A stretch of 42,131 bases of DNA from positions 1 through 42,131 of the forward strand of contig JAHZKE010000002.1 in NCBI GenBank assembly GCA_022600535.1. Direction: 5' to 3'. The notes under the pieces were generated by a model, which saw only the letters and a program-made list of their open reading frames with translations, was not told the origin of the DNA and ran no database searches. The translations under genes were made by a program, and so were the position numbers. The first letter of the stretch is position 1. Each line of letters opens with the position of its first letter. This document shows positions 19,376-29,404 of the stretch, one piece after another. This stretch comes from Pseudomonadota bacterium. GTDB lineage: Bacteria > Pseudomonadota > Gammaproteobacteria > Tethybacterales > Persebacteraceae.

Positions 19376-20443
19376 ATGACAACTGCACAATCCCGCTTAG
19401 ACGATAGAGCAAAACAGGTACTGCGCTACCTGGTGCAATCTTACTTGCACGATGGCAACCCCGTCGGCTCCCGCACCTTAGCCAACAACGCCGTGGTGCC
19501 GTATAGCCCCGCGACGATCCGCAATGTTATGTCGGATTTAGAAGACATCGGATTTTTAGTCAGCCCGCATACCTCTGCCGGACGTATCCCCAGCCCACGC
19601 GGGATTCGCTTTTTTATTGACCAACTCCTCACCGTTACCCCGCCGGAAAAAAATACCCTACACCGTTTAGAAAATAGTTTGCGGCGCGAAACAACAACCG
19701 AAGTACACACCGCCGGCGCCAACATTATTTCACAGCTGACGCAATACGTCGGTTTTGTCGCCATGCCGATTAGCGCGTTGCCGGTCGTGCGTAAATTACG
19801 CTTTGTAAAATTATCTTCCTGTCGCATTTTAGCGGTGATTGTTACCGATAGCGGCGATGTCCTCAATCGTATTTTTACCTACGACCGCGATGTCAGCGAA
19901 ACTGAACTCAACGCCGCCGCCACCGTCTATAACCGTTACTTTGCCGATATGACTTTTAGCGAAGCGCAAAAACTAATGTATAGCCAACTATTAGAGTTGC
20001 GCGAACAAATCGGCAATTTACTCAAATCGCTGTTAGAAAAAGTAGACGAAAAAGAACACGCCGCCGCCGATGAAAACAGCGGCTTATATATTGCCGGCGA
20101 AAGCAATTTATTGAAAGACGAAAATTTATCCGGCGATATGCACAAGTTGCGCGAACTCTATGATTTATTAGAACAGAAAAAAGAAATGCTGCGCTTGCTC
20201 AAACGCGGCGACAATGCCGCGGATGTCAGTATCTTTATCGGCAGTGAGTCGGGGTTGAGTGCATTAGATGAATGCAGCGTTGTTTTTTCTTCCTGCGGTC
20301 AAGAGGAGGACGGCAAACCGTTGGGATTAATCGGAGTCATCGGACCGAAACGGATGCGTTATAACCGGGTTATTCCCACCGTAGGGGTGGCAGCGAAATT
20401 ATTAGGCAATGTGTTGGAAACACTGCGTTTGCCTTCTCAATAA
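19376..20443 (+). CDS. hrcA: Heat-inducible transcription repressor HrcA
   Basis: PVGSRTL, SPATIRNVMSDLE, PHTSAGRIP, IFIGSE, GVIGPKRM.Y. Confidence 0.97.
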   Translation: MTTAQSRLDDRAKQVLRYLVQSYLHDGNPVGSRTLANNAVVPYSPATIRNVMSDLEDIGFLVSPHTSAGRIPSPRGIRFFIDQLLTVTPPEKNTLHRLENSLRRETTTEVHTAGANIISQLTQYVGFVAMPISALPVVRKLRFVKLSSCRILAVIVTDSGDVLNRIFTYDRDVSETELNAAATVYNRYFADMTFSEAQKLMYSQLLELREQIGNLLKSLLEKVDEKEHAAADENSGLYIAGESNLLKDENLSGDMHKLRELYDLLEQKKEMLRLLKRGDNAADVSIFIGSESGLSALDECSVVFSSCGQEEDGKPLGLIGVIGPKRMRYNRVIPTVGVAAKLLGNVLETLRLPSQ

Positions 20444-20778
20444 GTCGCATCAAACGCATTTTGTAGCCATTGAATTTGCCCATTTTTGTCAATCAATAGC
20501 GCATCAAAGCGACAGGTCGGCGGGTTAGAATCGCCGGCAAGATAATACGCCGCGGTATTTTGTAAGCGTTGTTGTTTGTATTCATCTATGCTATTTGCTG
20601 CCGCTTGATGATGGGCGCGTTGGCGCACTTCAATAAATACCAAAGTGGCGCCGTCTTGCATAATTAGGTCAATCTCGCCGTGGCGGCAAAAATAATTGCG
20701 CTGTAATAACGTTAACCCCTGTTGCTGTAAAAAGTAGAGCGCCTGTCCTTCTGCGGCATCCCCGGCAGAGCGACTCAT
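20437..20778 (-). CDS. yraN: YraN (UPF0102) family protein
   Basis: G..AE..A, RNY....GEIDLIM, LVFIEVR, CRFD, W.QNAF; next to lpoA-like gene and rsmI. Confidence 0.93.
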   Translation of the reverse strand: MSRSAGDAAEGQALYFLQQQGLTLLQRNYFCRHGEIDLIMQDGATLVFIEVRQRAHHQAAANSIDEYKQQRLQNTAAYYLAGDSNPPTCRFDALLIDKNGQIQWLQNAFDATY

Positions 20779-22061
20779 TGGGAGAAAGGAGTTAAATATC
20801 CCGCTTCATATTGCGATAAAATCCCGCGGCGTTTCAAATGGTGCGCGGTCAATTCTAAGGTGCCGCTCGCCCCCAGCATTTCCCAACCTTCAAACCACTG
20901 CGGTGAGCGCTGTGCCGCACGACAGGCATCTGCCCCCAAGGCGTAAAACCGTTGCTGTAACGCTGGACGGGTACGGATGAGCAGGTTGGTAAAATTGCGA
21001 ATATGGTCGGCATTGGCATCGACAAACCACGGCATTTCTATCACGCGCAAGTTATCCAAAAATTGAGCATCACTTTTGCTGGAAAAAAATACACTACTGG
21101 CATAAAGCGGGTATCCTTGTGGGACAAAATTACGCGTGCGGCGAATAAAGTTACCGTTGCCGGCGGCAAAGATTGCCAGCGGCGGTAATGCCGCGGCAGC
21201 TTCTTTGTTTTCACTGGCAGCTTCTAATTTATCTTTTAATTCGTCAAACAAGCGTTGCCAATCGTTTTCGTTATCGTAGATATAAAAATATTCCAATAGC
21301 GGCGCATTGACTTCGTCATTCCATGCCCTTACAAATTCTTCTTTTTGTCGTTGCGACAAGGTGGATTTATTCAGCACAACAAGCGCACGATAATTTTGCT
21401 GTTTAATCGTGCGGGCTAATTCGGCGGCTTCTTCGCCAATGTCAATGGTGAGGACATAATAAGAGGAGGTATCGTTACGGTGCAACGGTTGTAACAGCAG
21501 CGTTTTTACTGGTGCTTGCGGATAGAGCTGCAGGAGCTGCCGCACATTATTTTTTTGCATGGGCCCAATAATAAAAGAGGCGCCATCGGTTACCGCATTT
21601 TGATACGCTACGATCGCTTGCTGCGGGCTGCCATCGTGGGCGTAGGTATCTACCCGTAAGGCAGTGCCAACGGTGCCAAGACCATCAACACACCCTTGTT
21701 GAAATGCTTCGGCGGCGGCAGCGGTATTACCGCTATTGTTGAGGGGAAGCACCAATGCTAACGTTTCTAGTGGGGCGAGTGCTCCTTCGGGAAGTTGGGG
21801 GGAGAGGGGGCGAAAAAGCAACTTCGCGGGGGGGGTCTCCGGTGTTGTTGAGGCGGGATTTTCTGGCGTCGGTGTATCCGGATTGACGGGGACAACAGGG
21901 CGCGTGACCGTAACACTGGGGCTAAATTGTCGAATTAGCGCTTCACGGTCAAAGCTACGATTATTGAGCAGGTCTATAAACGGGTCATCCTGCGCAAGTA
22001 GCGGTGGCGATAGTAAAACGACAGTCAACAAGAACGCAACTTTTTTTCTCATACGACACAT
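20775..22061 (-). CDS. LppC/LpoA-like penicillin-binding protein activator
   Basis: ALVLPL, IIGPMQK, EMPW, RFYALGADA, GASGTL; conserved yraN-lpoA-rsmI locus; start 22061 or 22052. Confidence 0.8.
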   Translation of the reverse strand: MCRMRKKVAFLLTVVLLSPPLLAQDDPFIDLLNNRSFDREALIRQFSPSVTVTRPVVPVNPDTPTPENPASTTPETPPAKLLFRPLSPQLPEGALAPLETLALVLPLNNSGNTAAAAEAFQQGCVDGLGTVGTALRVDTYAHDGSPQQAIVAYQNAVTDGASFIIGPMQKNNVRQLLQLYPQAPVKTLLLQPLHRNDTSSYYVLTIDIGEEAAELARTIKQQNYRALVVLNKSTLSQRQKEEFVRAWNDEVNAPLLEYFYIYDNENDWQRLFDELKDKLEAASENKEAAAALPPLAIFAAGNGNFIRRTRNFVPQGYPLYASSVFFSSKSDAQFLDNLRVIEMPWFVDANADHIRNFTNLLIRTRPALQQRFYALGADACRAAQRSPQWFEGWEMLGASGTLELTAHHLKRRGILSQYEAGYLTPFSQ

Positions 22062-22081
22062 ACTCTATTATAACCTGAACA

Positions 22082-22139
22082 GCGCGCTGCGCTTTTAGAT
22101 ATTAAAGGAAGTACGGCTCAGTGAGCGACTGTCTTTAAT
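22082..22139. repeat. Mosaic repeat (CGCT..TTAAAG module plus inverted CGCTCACTGAG module)
   Basis: CTCAGTGAGCGACTGTCTTTAA is the reverse complement of TTAAAGACAGTCGCTCACTGAG, matching 19314-19331 and 36258-36278. Confidence 0.65.
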
Positions 22140-22262
22140 GTGAGATTGCGATTTTTTTATTTGTTGTCCGTTTATATATAATGTTTATCCATTCTATACG
22201 CCCGCAACGAAACAAAATAAAATGAAACAAAAATTTCCCACGCCGCCCGGGCGGCAAATGCC

Positions 22263-23120
22263 GTGAAATCATCGCCCGCCCCCTCCCTTCCTATTTTATA
22301 TATGCTGGCAACGCCCATCGGCAACTTGCAAGATATTTCGTTGCGCGGCGTACAGTTGTTAACGGCAGCAACAGTCATTGCCGCCGAAGATACACGTGTT
22401 GCGCGGCGTTTATTGGCGGGGCTAAAAATTCCGCTGGCGGCTCGTCTACTGTCGGCGCGGGCGCATAACGAACAACATGCCGCACAACAAATTTTACAAG
22501 AATTACAAGCAGGCAATGCAGTCGTCTATATTTCCGATGCCGGCACACCGGCTGTGAGCGATCCCGGCGCGCGTATTGTGGCTACCGTGCGTGCCGCGGG
22601 GTTTGAGGTGTCGCCGGTTCCCGGGGCTTCGGCGTTAACTGCACTGTTGGCAGTCGCCGCATTGCCGTTAGGGAGCGTGCATTTTTACGGTTTTCCCCCC
22701 GCGACTGCCACTGCCCGCCGGCGATTATTTGCAACCGTGGCGGCGTTAGATGGTTTTTCTGTATTTTATGAATCGCCGCACCGCATTGCAGCAATGTTGA
22801 ATGATTTGGCAGAAACATTAGGCAAGGAGCGGCGCATTGTATTGGGGCGTGAGCTCACCAAATTGCACGAACAAATTATTGACGCGCCATTAATGGATGT
22901 GATTGCAGCAGTCGCACAGGGGGAGATTCCCCAACGCGGCGAGTTTGTCTTCGCAGTGGAAAACCCTGCGCTACAAGCGCAAACGGTAGATGCGAAGCGG
23001 ATATTTTTGCAGTTAACCGCATGGTTACCGCCACGCAAAGCGGCGGCGGCAACCGCTAAAATCACGGGTGCCAACGCCAGCGAATTATATAAAGAACATA
23101 TTGCCGATAAATCTCAATAG
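22263..23120 (+). CDS. rsmI: 16S rRNA (cytidine1402-2'-O)-methyltransferase RsmI
   Basis: ATPIGNL.DIS, AEDTR, SDAGTP.VSDPG, YESPHRI, RELTKLHE, GEFV. Confidence 0.97.
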   Translation: MKSSPAPSLPILYMLATPIGNLQDISLRGVQLLTAATVIAAEDTRVARRLLAGLKIPLAARLLSARAHNEQHAAQQILQELQAGNAVVYISDAGTPAVSDPGARIVATVRAAGFEVSPVPGASALTALLAVAALPLGSVHFYGFPPATATARRRLFATVAALDGFSVFYESPHRIAAMLNDLAETLGKERRIVLGRELTKLHEQIIDAPLMDVIAAVAQGEIPQRGEFVFAVENPALQAQTVDAKRIFLQLTAWLPPRKAAAATAKITGANASELYKEHIADKSQ

Positions 23121-23213
23121 CGCAGTCGTGCTTTTATCACGGTAAAATTCTGAATTTGTGGAATATTCCACTATAATCAATAATTATAAATAATAAATAG
23201 TAATAATTAAATT

Positions 23214-23702
23214 ATGTATTTCGTTTCTTCATTTTTGGCGCGCGCAATTAATGCCAGTTTAGGCAGTGAATTAATGCGCTTTGCCAACTGTTGTATTGCG
23301 GTGCATACTGCAGGGCAGCAATTTGTTTGGCGCATTAATGCGAATGGAAAATTAACAGCAGTATCGCCGCTCATTCATGCCGATTGCACCTTGCGTTGGA
23401 AAAACGGCAAGTTGCACATTAGCGGCGATGGCGAGTTATTAGCAATATTATCTGAATTCGTACGGCAGGGGGATTACCTCCTGATGATTAGTAACTGTTT
23501 TGGCGAACGCTTAGCCCCCTCGGTGTTGTACCGTTTAGAGCAAGCAAGCGAACAACTTAAAAATAAAGTGGCGCAGCATTTGGCAACGCCGCAAAAAGCG
23601 GCAGAATATCGCGACCAAGTGCAACAGTTACACAAGCGTGTTGTCCAAGTGGGGCAGCGTTTCGAATCCGTATTGGCAACTATTTCTCGAGAGGTGACTT
23701 AA
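23214..23702 (+). CDS. UbiJ/SCP2-like protein (divergent)
   Basis: ISGDGELL and IS..FG motifs plus C-terminal coiled coil resemble UbiJ; not in the usual ubiE-ubiB context. Confidence 0.5.
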   Translation: MYFVSSFLARAINASLGSELMRFANCCIAVHTAGQQFVWRINANGKLTAVSPLIHADCTLRWKNGKLHISGDGELLAILSEFVRQGDYLLMISNCFGERLAPSVLYRLEQASEQLKNKVAQHLATPQKAAEYRDQVQQLHKRVVQVGQRFESVLATISREVT

Positions 23703-23703
23703 A

Positions 23704-24282
23704 ATGGCAAAAACTAAAAAAAGCAATTCACAAAAAGCAGATCACGCGAGCGGCGAGCGTATTATTAAAAAATACAATAACCGCCGTTTGTACGATAGCC
23801 AAAACAGCCGTTATATTACCTTAGACGAGCTCAAGGAATTAATCATTAATGGCGAAGAGTTTCGCGTTTGCACTGCCAGCGGCGAAGACGTTACCCGACA
23901 AACATTAATTAGTATTTTGTTAGCGGGGGAAGTGATGGGGCAGCCGTTATTTTCGGAACAAACATTACGCAACATGGTGATGTTTATGCAAGGACCGATG
24001 CGCGGACCGATGAAAGTTTTTTTTGAACAATGCTTGCCGTTGTTTGCGCGTAGCAATAGCGAATTAATTGAAAAGTTTGGTTCGCAAATCGGCAGTAAAG
24101 AGTTAGATAGTTTAGCCGTATTACAGGGCAACATGGTGCGTCAGTTGATGGAGCAATATGTTTTTCGCGGTTTAGAAAATTATTTAACGACACAAAAAAA
24201 TATGGAAAAAATGATGTCCATACAAAACCCGCTATCGTTTGCCAATATGTTCACACCGCCGACGGATAAGAGTCAAGAATAA
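23704..24282 (+). CDS. phaR: Polyhydroxyalkanoate synthesis repressor PhaR
   Basis: RIIKKYNNRRLYD...S.YITL, GEDVTRQTL, GQPLFS. Confidence 0.9.
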   Translation: MAKTKKSNSQKADHASGERIIKKYNNRRLYDSQNSRYITLDELKELIINGEEFRVCTASGEDVTRQTLISILLAGEVMGQPLFSEQTLRNMVMFMQGPMRGPMKVFFEQCLPLFARSNSELIEKFGSQIGSKELDSLAVLQGNMVRQLMEQYVFRGLENYLTTQKNMEKMMSIQNPLSFANMFTPPTDKSQE

Positions 24283-24307
24283 CTGCCGTACTATTATTGG
24301 GTACACA

Positions 24308-24337
24308 CTTGAATTTAGTCGGAATGGGTACTATATA
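24308..24337 (+). promoter_or_regulatory. Candidate sigma32-type promoter of hsp20
   Basis: CTTGAA then ACTATATA about 16 nt downstream, upstream of a heat-shock gene; -10 imperfect. Confidence 0.45.
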
Positions 24338-24372
24338 AATAGTAACATTCTTTTTTTATTCAGGAGGTTATT

Positions 24373-24777
24373 ATGAACACTAGAACAACTTTGTATCCCC
24401 ATTTTTTAAGCGCTTGGAATCCCGCGTATATCGCACAACGACAAAACAGCAATAAAAATTCCTTTTGTGTTGATGTGGAAGAAAGCGACACGGAATTTCT
24501 TATTTATGCCGATTTGCCCGGGGTTGATAAAAAAAATATCACGGTCAATATAGAGGATAATTTGCTCACCGTCGGTGCCGAATTTTCGCGCGCCGTATCG
24601 GAGAAAAGCAAACAAGCATTGCGGCGCGAACGGGTTAACGGTAAGTTAGAACGACAATTTATGTTGCCCGTTAATGTCCAAGCAGATGGCATCAAAGCAA
24701 CGCTGAAAAACGGAGTATTGACTTTGTCGCTGCCGAAAGGTGAAGACACAAGCAAGCGCAACATCGCGATTGCCTGA
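24373..24777 (+). CDS. Hsp20/alpha-crystallin small heat-shock protein
   Basis: VDVEE, ADLPGV, RRER..G...RQF.LP, ATLKNGVLTLSLPK; SD AGGAGG. Confidence 0.95.
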   Translation: MNTRTTLYPHFLSAWNPAYIAQRQNSNKNSFCVDVEESDTEFLIYADLPGVDKKNITVNIEDNLLTVGAEFSRAVSEKSKQALRRERVNGKLERQFMLPVNVQADGIKATLKNGVLTLSLPKGEDTSKRNIAIA

Positions 24778-24804
24778 TGGCTTGAAATAGGGTTGACCCG
24801 CGTA

Positions 24805-24830
24805 AAAACCCCCGCGTATGCGGGGGTTTT
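24805..24830. terminator. Terminator-like hairpin after hsp20
   Basis: AAAACCCCCGC-GTAT-GCGGGGGTTTT. Confidence 0.75.
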
Positions 24831-24848
24831 GCGTATAATACGAGGATT

Positions 24849-25916
24849 ATGCCAGGAAATAGTTATGGTGAGCAATTTCGTGTTAGTACGTTCGGGGAAA
24901 GCCACGGACGTGCGATTGGTTGCATTATTGACGGCTGCCCGCCAAAATTACCGATTGATCTCGCCGCGATTCAAACCGAGTTAAATCGTCGCCGTCCGGG
25001 GTCATCGCCGCATGTTACGCAACGGCGCGAGCCCGATAGTGTTGAAATTTTATCAGGAGTGTTTGAAGGGCAAACCACCGGCACGCCGATTGCAATGGTG
25101 ATTTTTAATCAAGATGCCAAATCAAAAGATTACGACAATTTGCGCGATACCTTTCGCCCCGGGCATGCCGATTTTACCTATCAGCAAAAATACGGCATTC
25201 GCGATTATCGCGGTGGCGGGCGTGCTTCGGCGCGAGAAACCGCTGCCCGCGTTGCCGCCGGTGCAGTTGCCCGCGCTTTGCTACAACAGCAAGCAGGGGT
25301 TTGTGTCCGCGCTTGTTTGGTGCAAATGGATGATATTACGATTCCGTTTAAAGAGTGGCAAGAGGTCAATCAAAACGCTTTTTTTGCCGCAGATAGCACT
25401 TATGAGACGCAACTGAGCGAACGTATTACTGAATTACGCCGTGCGGGGGACTCCTGCGGAGCGGTGGTGCAAGCCGTGGCAAGCGGTGTGCCCGCGGGGT
25501 TGGGCGAACCCGTTTTTGACCGTTTAGATGCAGACATTGCCAAAGCGATGATGAGCATTAACGCAGTGAAAGGGGTAGAAATAGGAGCAGGATTTGCCGC
25601 CGCCGCCATGCGCGGTAGCGCCCATAACGATGCGATGGAGGGGGATCAATTTTTATCAAACCACGCCGGCGGGGTATTGGGGGGAATTTCCAGCGGTCAA
25701 GACATTATTGTCCGTTTGGCAATCAAACCGACGTCAAGCATTCGTCAGCCGCAAGCAACACGAAACACCGCCGGAGACGCAACTACCGTAAGCACGACCG
25801 GGCGGCATGACCCCTGCGTTGGTATTCGTGCCGTGCCGATTGCCGAAGCAATGTTGTGTTTAACCCTTGCCGACCACCTCTTGCGTCAGCGTGCGCAATG
25901 CGGTAGTCCCGTATGA
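24849..25916 (+). CDS. aroC: Chorismate synthase
   Basis: [47 protein letters not shown]. Confidence 0.98.
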   Translation: MPGNSYGEQFRVSTFGESHGRAIGCIIDGCPPKLPIDLAAIQTELNRRRPGSSPHVTQRREPDSVEILSGVFEGQTTGTPIAMVIFNQDAKSKDYDNLRDTFRPGHADFTYQQKYGIRDYRGGGRASARETAARVAAGAVARALLQQQAGVCVRACLVQMDDITIPFKEWQEVNQNAFFAADSTYETQLSERITELRRAGDSCGAVVQAVASGVPAGLGEPVFDRLDADIAKAMMSINAVKGVEIGAGFAAAAMRGSAHNDAMEGDQFLSNHAGGVLGGISSGQDIIVRLAIKPTSSIRQPQATRNTAGDATTVSTTGRHDPCVGIRAVPIAEAMLCLTLADHLLRQRAQCGSPV

Positions 25917-27157
25917 ATCTGCCTTATGAAATTCGTATCGGTCTGCGTTATGCCTTAACCGGACGCAATGATCGTTTTGTTTCTTTTGTTTCGTTGATGT
26001 CGGCCGCCGGCATTGCACTGGGGGTGGCGGCGTTAATTGTTGTGTTAGCGGTGATGAATGGCTTTCATCAAGAGTTACGCGCCCGAATATTAAGTGTGGC
26101 ATCGCACTTAGAAGCACTATCGTTAGACCGTAGCGGCTTTAGCGATTGGAGCAGCATCGCCGATGATTATTTACAACATCCCGATGTTCTCGCTGCCGCA
26201 CCCAATGTTCAACAACAAGCGTTGTTAGTGGCGGGGGATAAAACACAAGGCACATTGGTTCGCGGCATTTTGCCGCAACAAGAACAAACAGTGAGCCGTC
26301 TGGGCGAATATATTACCGAAGGCGATTTGTCCGCACTCACCGCCGGTAGCTATGGTATTTTTATGGGAGAAAAACTCGCCCAACAGTTGCGCGTTGGTGT
26401 TGGCGATGACGTTATTTTGCTCGCCCCGCAGGGCAAACTCACCGCCGCTGGTTTTTATCCGCGCTTACGCCGTTTTCATGTTGCCGGTATTTTTGTTTCG
26501 GGGTTGTATCAATACGATTCGGGGCTGTCGTATATCAACCTCACCGATGCGCAAAAAATTTACCGCTTACAAGGTCCAACCTCTATCCGTTTGCAAGTGG
26601 AAGAACTCTTACAAGCGCCGGCATTGCGCGATAAATTATCCAACATTAACCCCAAGGTATTTTTACACGATTGGACAACAAGCCACGGCGGTTTATTTCG
26701 CGCTTTAGTATTTGAAAAAAAAGTGATGTTTATTATCCTAACACTCATTATCGCCGTCGCCGCATTTAATATTGTTTCGGCATTGGTCACCATGGTACGC
26801 AATAAACGCAGCGACATCGCTATTTTGCGGGCAATGGGAGCATCCAGCGGCGGCATTATGCGTATCTTTTTATTTCAAGGAACCATCATTGGTATTTTCG
26901 GCACCTTCATCGGCGTTGTAGCCGGCATTCCCATTGCTATTAACGCGGGGTTGATTTTAGAAACCATTGAAAATTTATTCGGACGCGATTTATTCCCCGG
27001 TTCCGTTTATCATTTAGATCGTTTGCCGTCGTTAATTTCATTTTCCGATTCCTTTCTTGTCGCCGGCATCGCCGTATTATTATCATTAGCGGCGACGGCT
27101 TTTCCCGCTTGGTATAGCGGGCGGTTGCGTCCGGTAGAAGCACTGCGCTATGAGTAA
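25913..27157 (+). CDS. Lipoprotein-releasing ABC transporter permease (LolC/E-type)
   Basis: [47 protein letters not shown]; single permease gene. Confidence 0.95.
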   Translation: MNLPYEIRIGLRYALTGRNDRFVSFVSLMSAAGIALGVAALIVVLAVMNGFHQELRARILSVASHLEALSLDRSGFSDWSSIADDYLQHPDVLAAAPNVQQQALLVAGDKTQGTLVRGILPQQEQTVSRLGEYITEGDLSALTAGSYGIFMGEKLAQQLRVGVGDDVILLAPQGKLTAAGFYPRLRRFHVAGIFVSGLYQYDSGLSYINLTDAQKIYRLQGPTSIRLQVEELLQAPALRDKLSNINPKVFLHDWTTSHGGLFRALVFEKKVMFIILTLIIAVAAFNIVSALVTMVRNKRSDIAILRAMGASSGGIMRIFLFQGTIIGIFGTFIGVVAGIPIAINAGLILETIENLFGRDLFPGSVYHLDRLPSLISFSDSFLVAGIAVLLSLAATAFPAWYSGRLRPVEALRYE

Positions 27158-27857
27158 CAACAGCAGCAACAGTACCGCCACTGCGCCGTTGCTCACGTGC
27201 AATAATTTAAGTAAAGCATTTGAAAGCGGCGGCAACAAACAAATTGTATTAGACCATGTGTCCTGCACAGTAGAGCGCGGTGAAGTCGTGGCAATTGTCG
27301 GTTCTTCGGGGTCGGGCAAAACAACCCTGTTGCATCTTTTAGGCGGTTTAGATAGCGCCGATAGCGGCAGCATTTGTTATCACGGCGAAGATATTAATAC
27401 CTTATCAGACGGCGCCTTGACCCGTTGGCGCAATCGTCATTTAGCATTTGTATTTCAGTTTCATTTATTGCTACCCGAGTTTAGCGCCTTAGAAAATGTA
27501 GCAATGCCGTTGTTGTTACGCCGTCTGCCGCGTAAGCAAGCATTGGCACAAGCGGCGGAATGTTTGGCGGCAGTTAATTTATCGCAACACCAACACAAAA
27601 CTCCGGAAAAATTATCGGGCGGCGAGCGGCAACGGGCGGCAGTGGCACGCGCATTGGCGGGGCAGCCGGCATTTATTTTAGCCGATGAACCGACAGGAAA
27701 TTTAGACCGTAAAAATGCCGATGCCGTTTTTAATACTTTATTTCAGCAATGCCGTGCGCGTAAAATGGCGTTGATGGTTGTTAGTCACGATGAGCGTTTA
27801 GCCGAACAAGCAGACCGTAGATTAATGTTGCAAGACGGCGTGCTTACCTCAGTATGA
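27150..27857 (+). CDS. lolD: Lipoprotein-releasing ABC transporter ATPase LolD
   Basis: GSSGSGKTT, FVFQFH.LLPEFSALENV, LSGGERQR, ADEPTGNLD. Confidence 0.95.
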   Translation: MSNNSSNSTATAPLLTCNNLSKAFESGGNKQIVLDHVSCTVERGEVVAIVGSSGSGKTTLLHLLGGLDSADSGSICYHGEDINTLSDGALTRWRNRHLAFVFQFHLLLPEFSALENVAMPLLLRRLPRKQALAQAAECLAAVNLSQHQHKTPEKLSGGERQRAAVARALAGQPAFILADEPTGNLDRKNADAVFNTLFQQCRARKMALMVVSHDERLAEQADRRLMLQDGVLTSV

Positions 27858-27876
27858 TAATAAGAGGAGGAAAGAG

Positions 27877-28329
27877 ATGAAAAAAATATTATTTGTTTGC
27901 ACCGGAAATATCTGTCGCTCGCCGACTGCCGAAGCCGTGTTACGACAAATGGCGACAAACGAAAACAAAACAGTGCAAGTGGATTCGGCAGGCACCGGCG
28001 ATTGGCATAGCGGTGCCGCCCCCGATCCCCGCGCGTGTGATGCCGCCTCGTATCGCGGTTATCGTATGGACGGGATGATTGCCCGCCAAGTACAGCGTGA
28101 AGATTTTACAAATTTTGATGTACTGTATGCCATGACTGCCGAACATTTAGCGTATTTACACGAACTCGCCCCACGTGCTTTGCAACATAAAGCGCTATTA
28201 TTTCTCGCCGATACAATGGGCAAGGAGGAAGATGTCCCCGACCCTTATTATGGCGGTGATGTCGGCTTTGAACAAATGATGGATTTATTAGAAGCAGGGT
28301 GTGAGAACATCATTAAAAAAATCCCTTAA
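27877..28329 (+). CDS. Low molecular weight protein-tyrosine phosphatase
   Basis: FVCTGNICRSP.AE, DSAGT, VPDPYYG; SD GAGGAGG. Confidence 0.95.
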   Translation: MKKILFVCTGNICRSPTAEAVLRQMATNENKTVQVDSAGTGDWHSGAAPDPRACDAASYRGYRMDGMIARQVQREDFTNFDVLYAMTAEHLAYLHELAPRALQHKALLFLADTMGKEEDVPDPYYGGDVGFEQMMDLLEAGCENIIKKIP

Positions 28330-28339
28330 TAAACAGTTA

Positions 28340-28460
28340 GCGCTCGCTGTGCTCGTAGCATTAAAAGCTATCAAAGTGGCACAGGTTAAATTCCCCCTCC
28401 GTTGGCAAACGGTTGGTTGCCTGTCAAAAACCACCTCGCCCCTACGGAGCACTCCTAATT
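28340..28460. repeat. Mosaic repeat
   Basis: GCGCTCGCTGTGCTCGTAGCATTAAAAG module, TTAAATTCCCCCTCCG module at 28386, ACCACCTCGCCCCTACGGAGCACTCC segment. Confidence 0.65.
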
Positions 28461-28519
28461 AAAAAAGGGGTTGATAACTCTACGAGCGCAGAAAGCACGA
28501 GCGTGATATACTGCACGCC

Positions 28520-29404
28520 ATGTTGCGCCCCACCCACCTTGTTGCATTGATTGGCATTAATGTCATTTTTGCAGGCGCTTATATCGCCGGTAAATTCGGG
28601 GTTAATCATTTCCCGCCGCTGTTTTTTTCGGGCGCACGTTTTTTGCTGGTCTTTCTTGCTCTCTTGCCTTTTTTTCGTTGGCACCCCGTGCCGCGCACGC
28701 ATCTTAAACCGTTTCTTGGCTTTTGTTTCAGTATGGGGATTGGAGTTTATGCTTCTATGTATTTGGCGTTATCTCTTGCCGATGGCGTTTCGGGGATTTT
28801 AATCGGCACACAATTTTCGGTACCAATGGCGGCATTGTTGGGGATGTGGTGGTTGAAAGATAAAATCAGTCAAACAACATGGTTGGGGATTATCCTCGCA
28901 TTTGTCGGCGTAATGATTGTTGGTTTTGATGGCGCGATTTTAGGGTACGGCTTCGCGTTTTCGCTAATTATTCTCAGTGCGTTTTTTTATGCCAGTGCCA
29001 ATGTACTCTCGCAAAAGTTAAGCGGCAAAGTCAGCGTGCTCAATCTAAATGCGTGGATGGCACTGTTGTCGGCTCCGCCCATGTTTTTGTGTTCGCTCTT
29101 ATTTGAACAACAACAATGGCAGGCGCTCACCACTGCCGATAGCGGCGATTGGGCGGCCTTGTTGTATTCGGCATTGGTCGTAACCTTAGTTGGACATTGC
29201 GGTATGTTTGTTTTGTTGCGCCGTTATCCGGTGGCGTTAATTATGCCGTATTATGTATTAGTGCCGATATTCGGTGTTATCGGTAGTATTGTGATGTTTT
29301 CCGAAACCCCGACATTGAAATTTTATCTCGGGGCGGTCATTGCGTTGTCAGGCGTATGGGTGGTCAATGTTATCGGCAAGCGCCGTCGCTTGACGACAGC
29401 GTAA
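28520..29404 (+). CDS. EamA/DMT family transporter
   Basis: About 10 TM helices in two repeats; FPPLFFSGARF, LVPIFGV. Confidence 0.9.
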   Translation: MLRPTHLVALIGINVIFAGAYIAGKFGVNHFPPLFFSGARFLLVFLALLPFFRWHPVPRTHLKPFLGFCFSMGIGVYASMYLALSLADGVSGILIGTQFSVPMAALLGMWWLKDKISQTTWLGIILAFVGVMIVGFDGAILGYGFAFSLIILSAFFYASANVLSQKLSGKVSVLNLNAWMALLSAPPMFLCSLLFEQQQWQALTTADSGDWAALLYSALVVTLVGHCGMFVLLRRYPVALIMPYYVLVPIFGVIGSIVMFSETPTLKFYLGAVIALSGVWVVNVIGKRRRLTTA

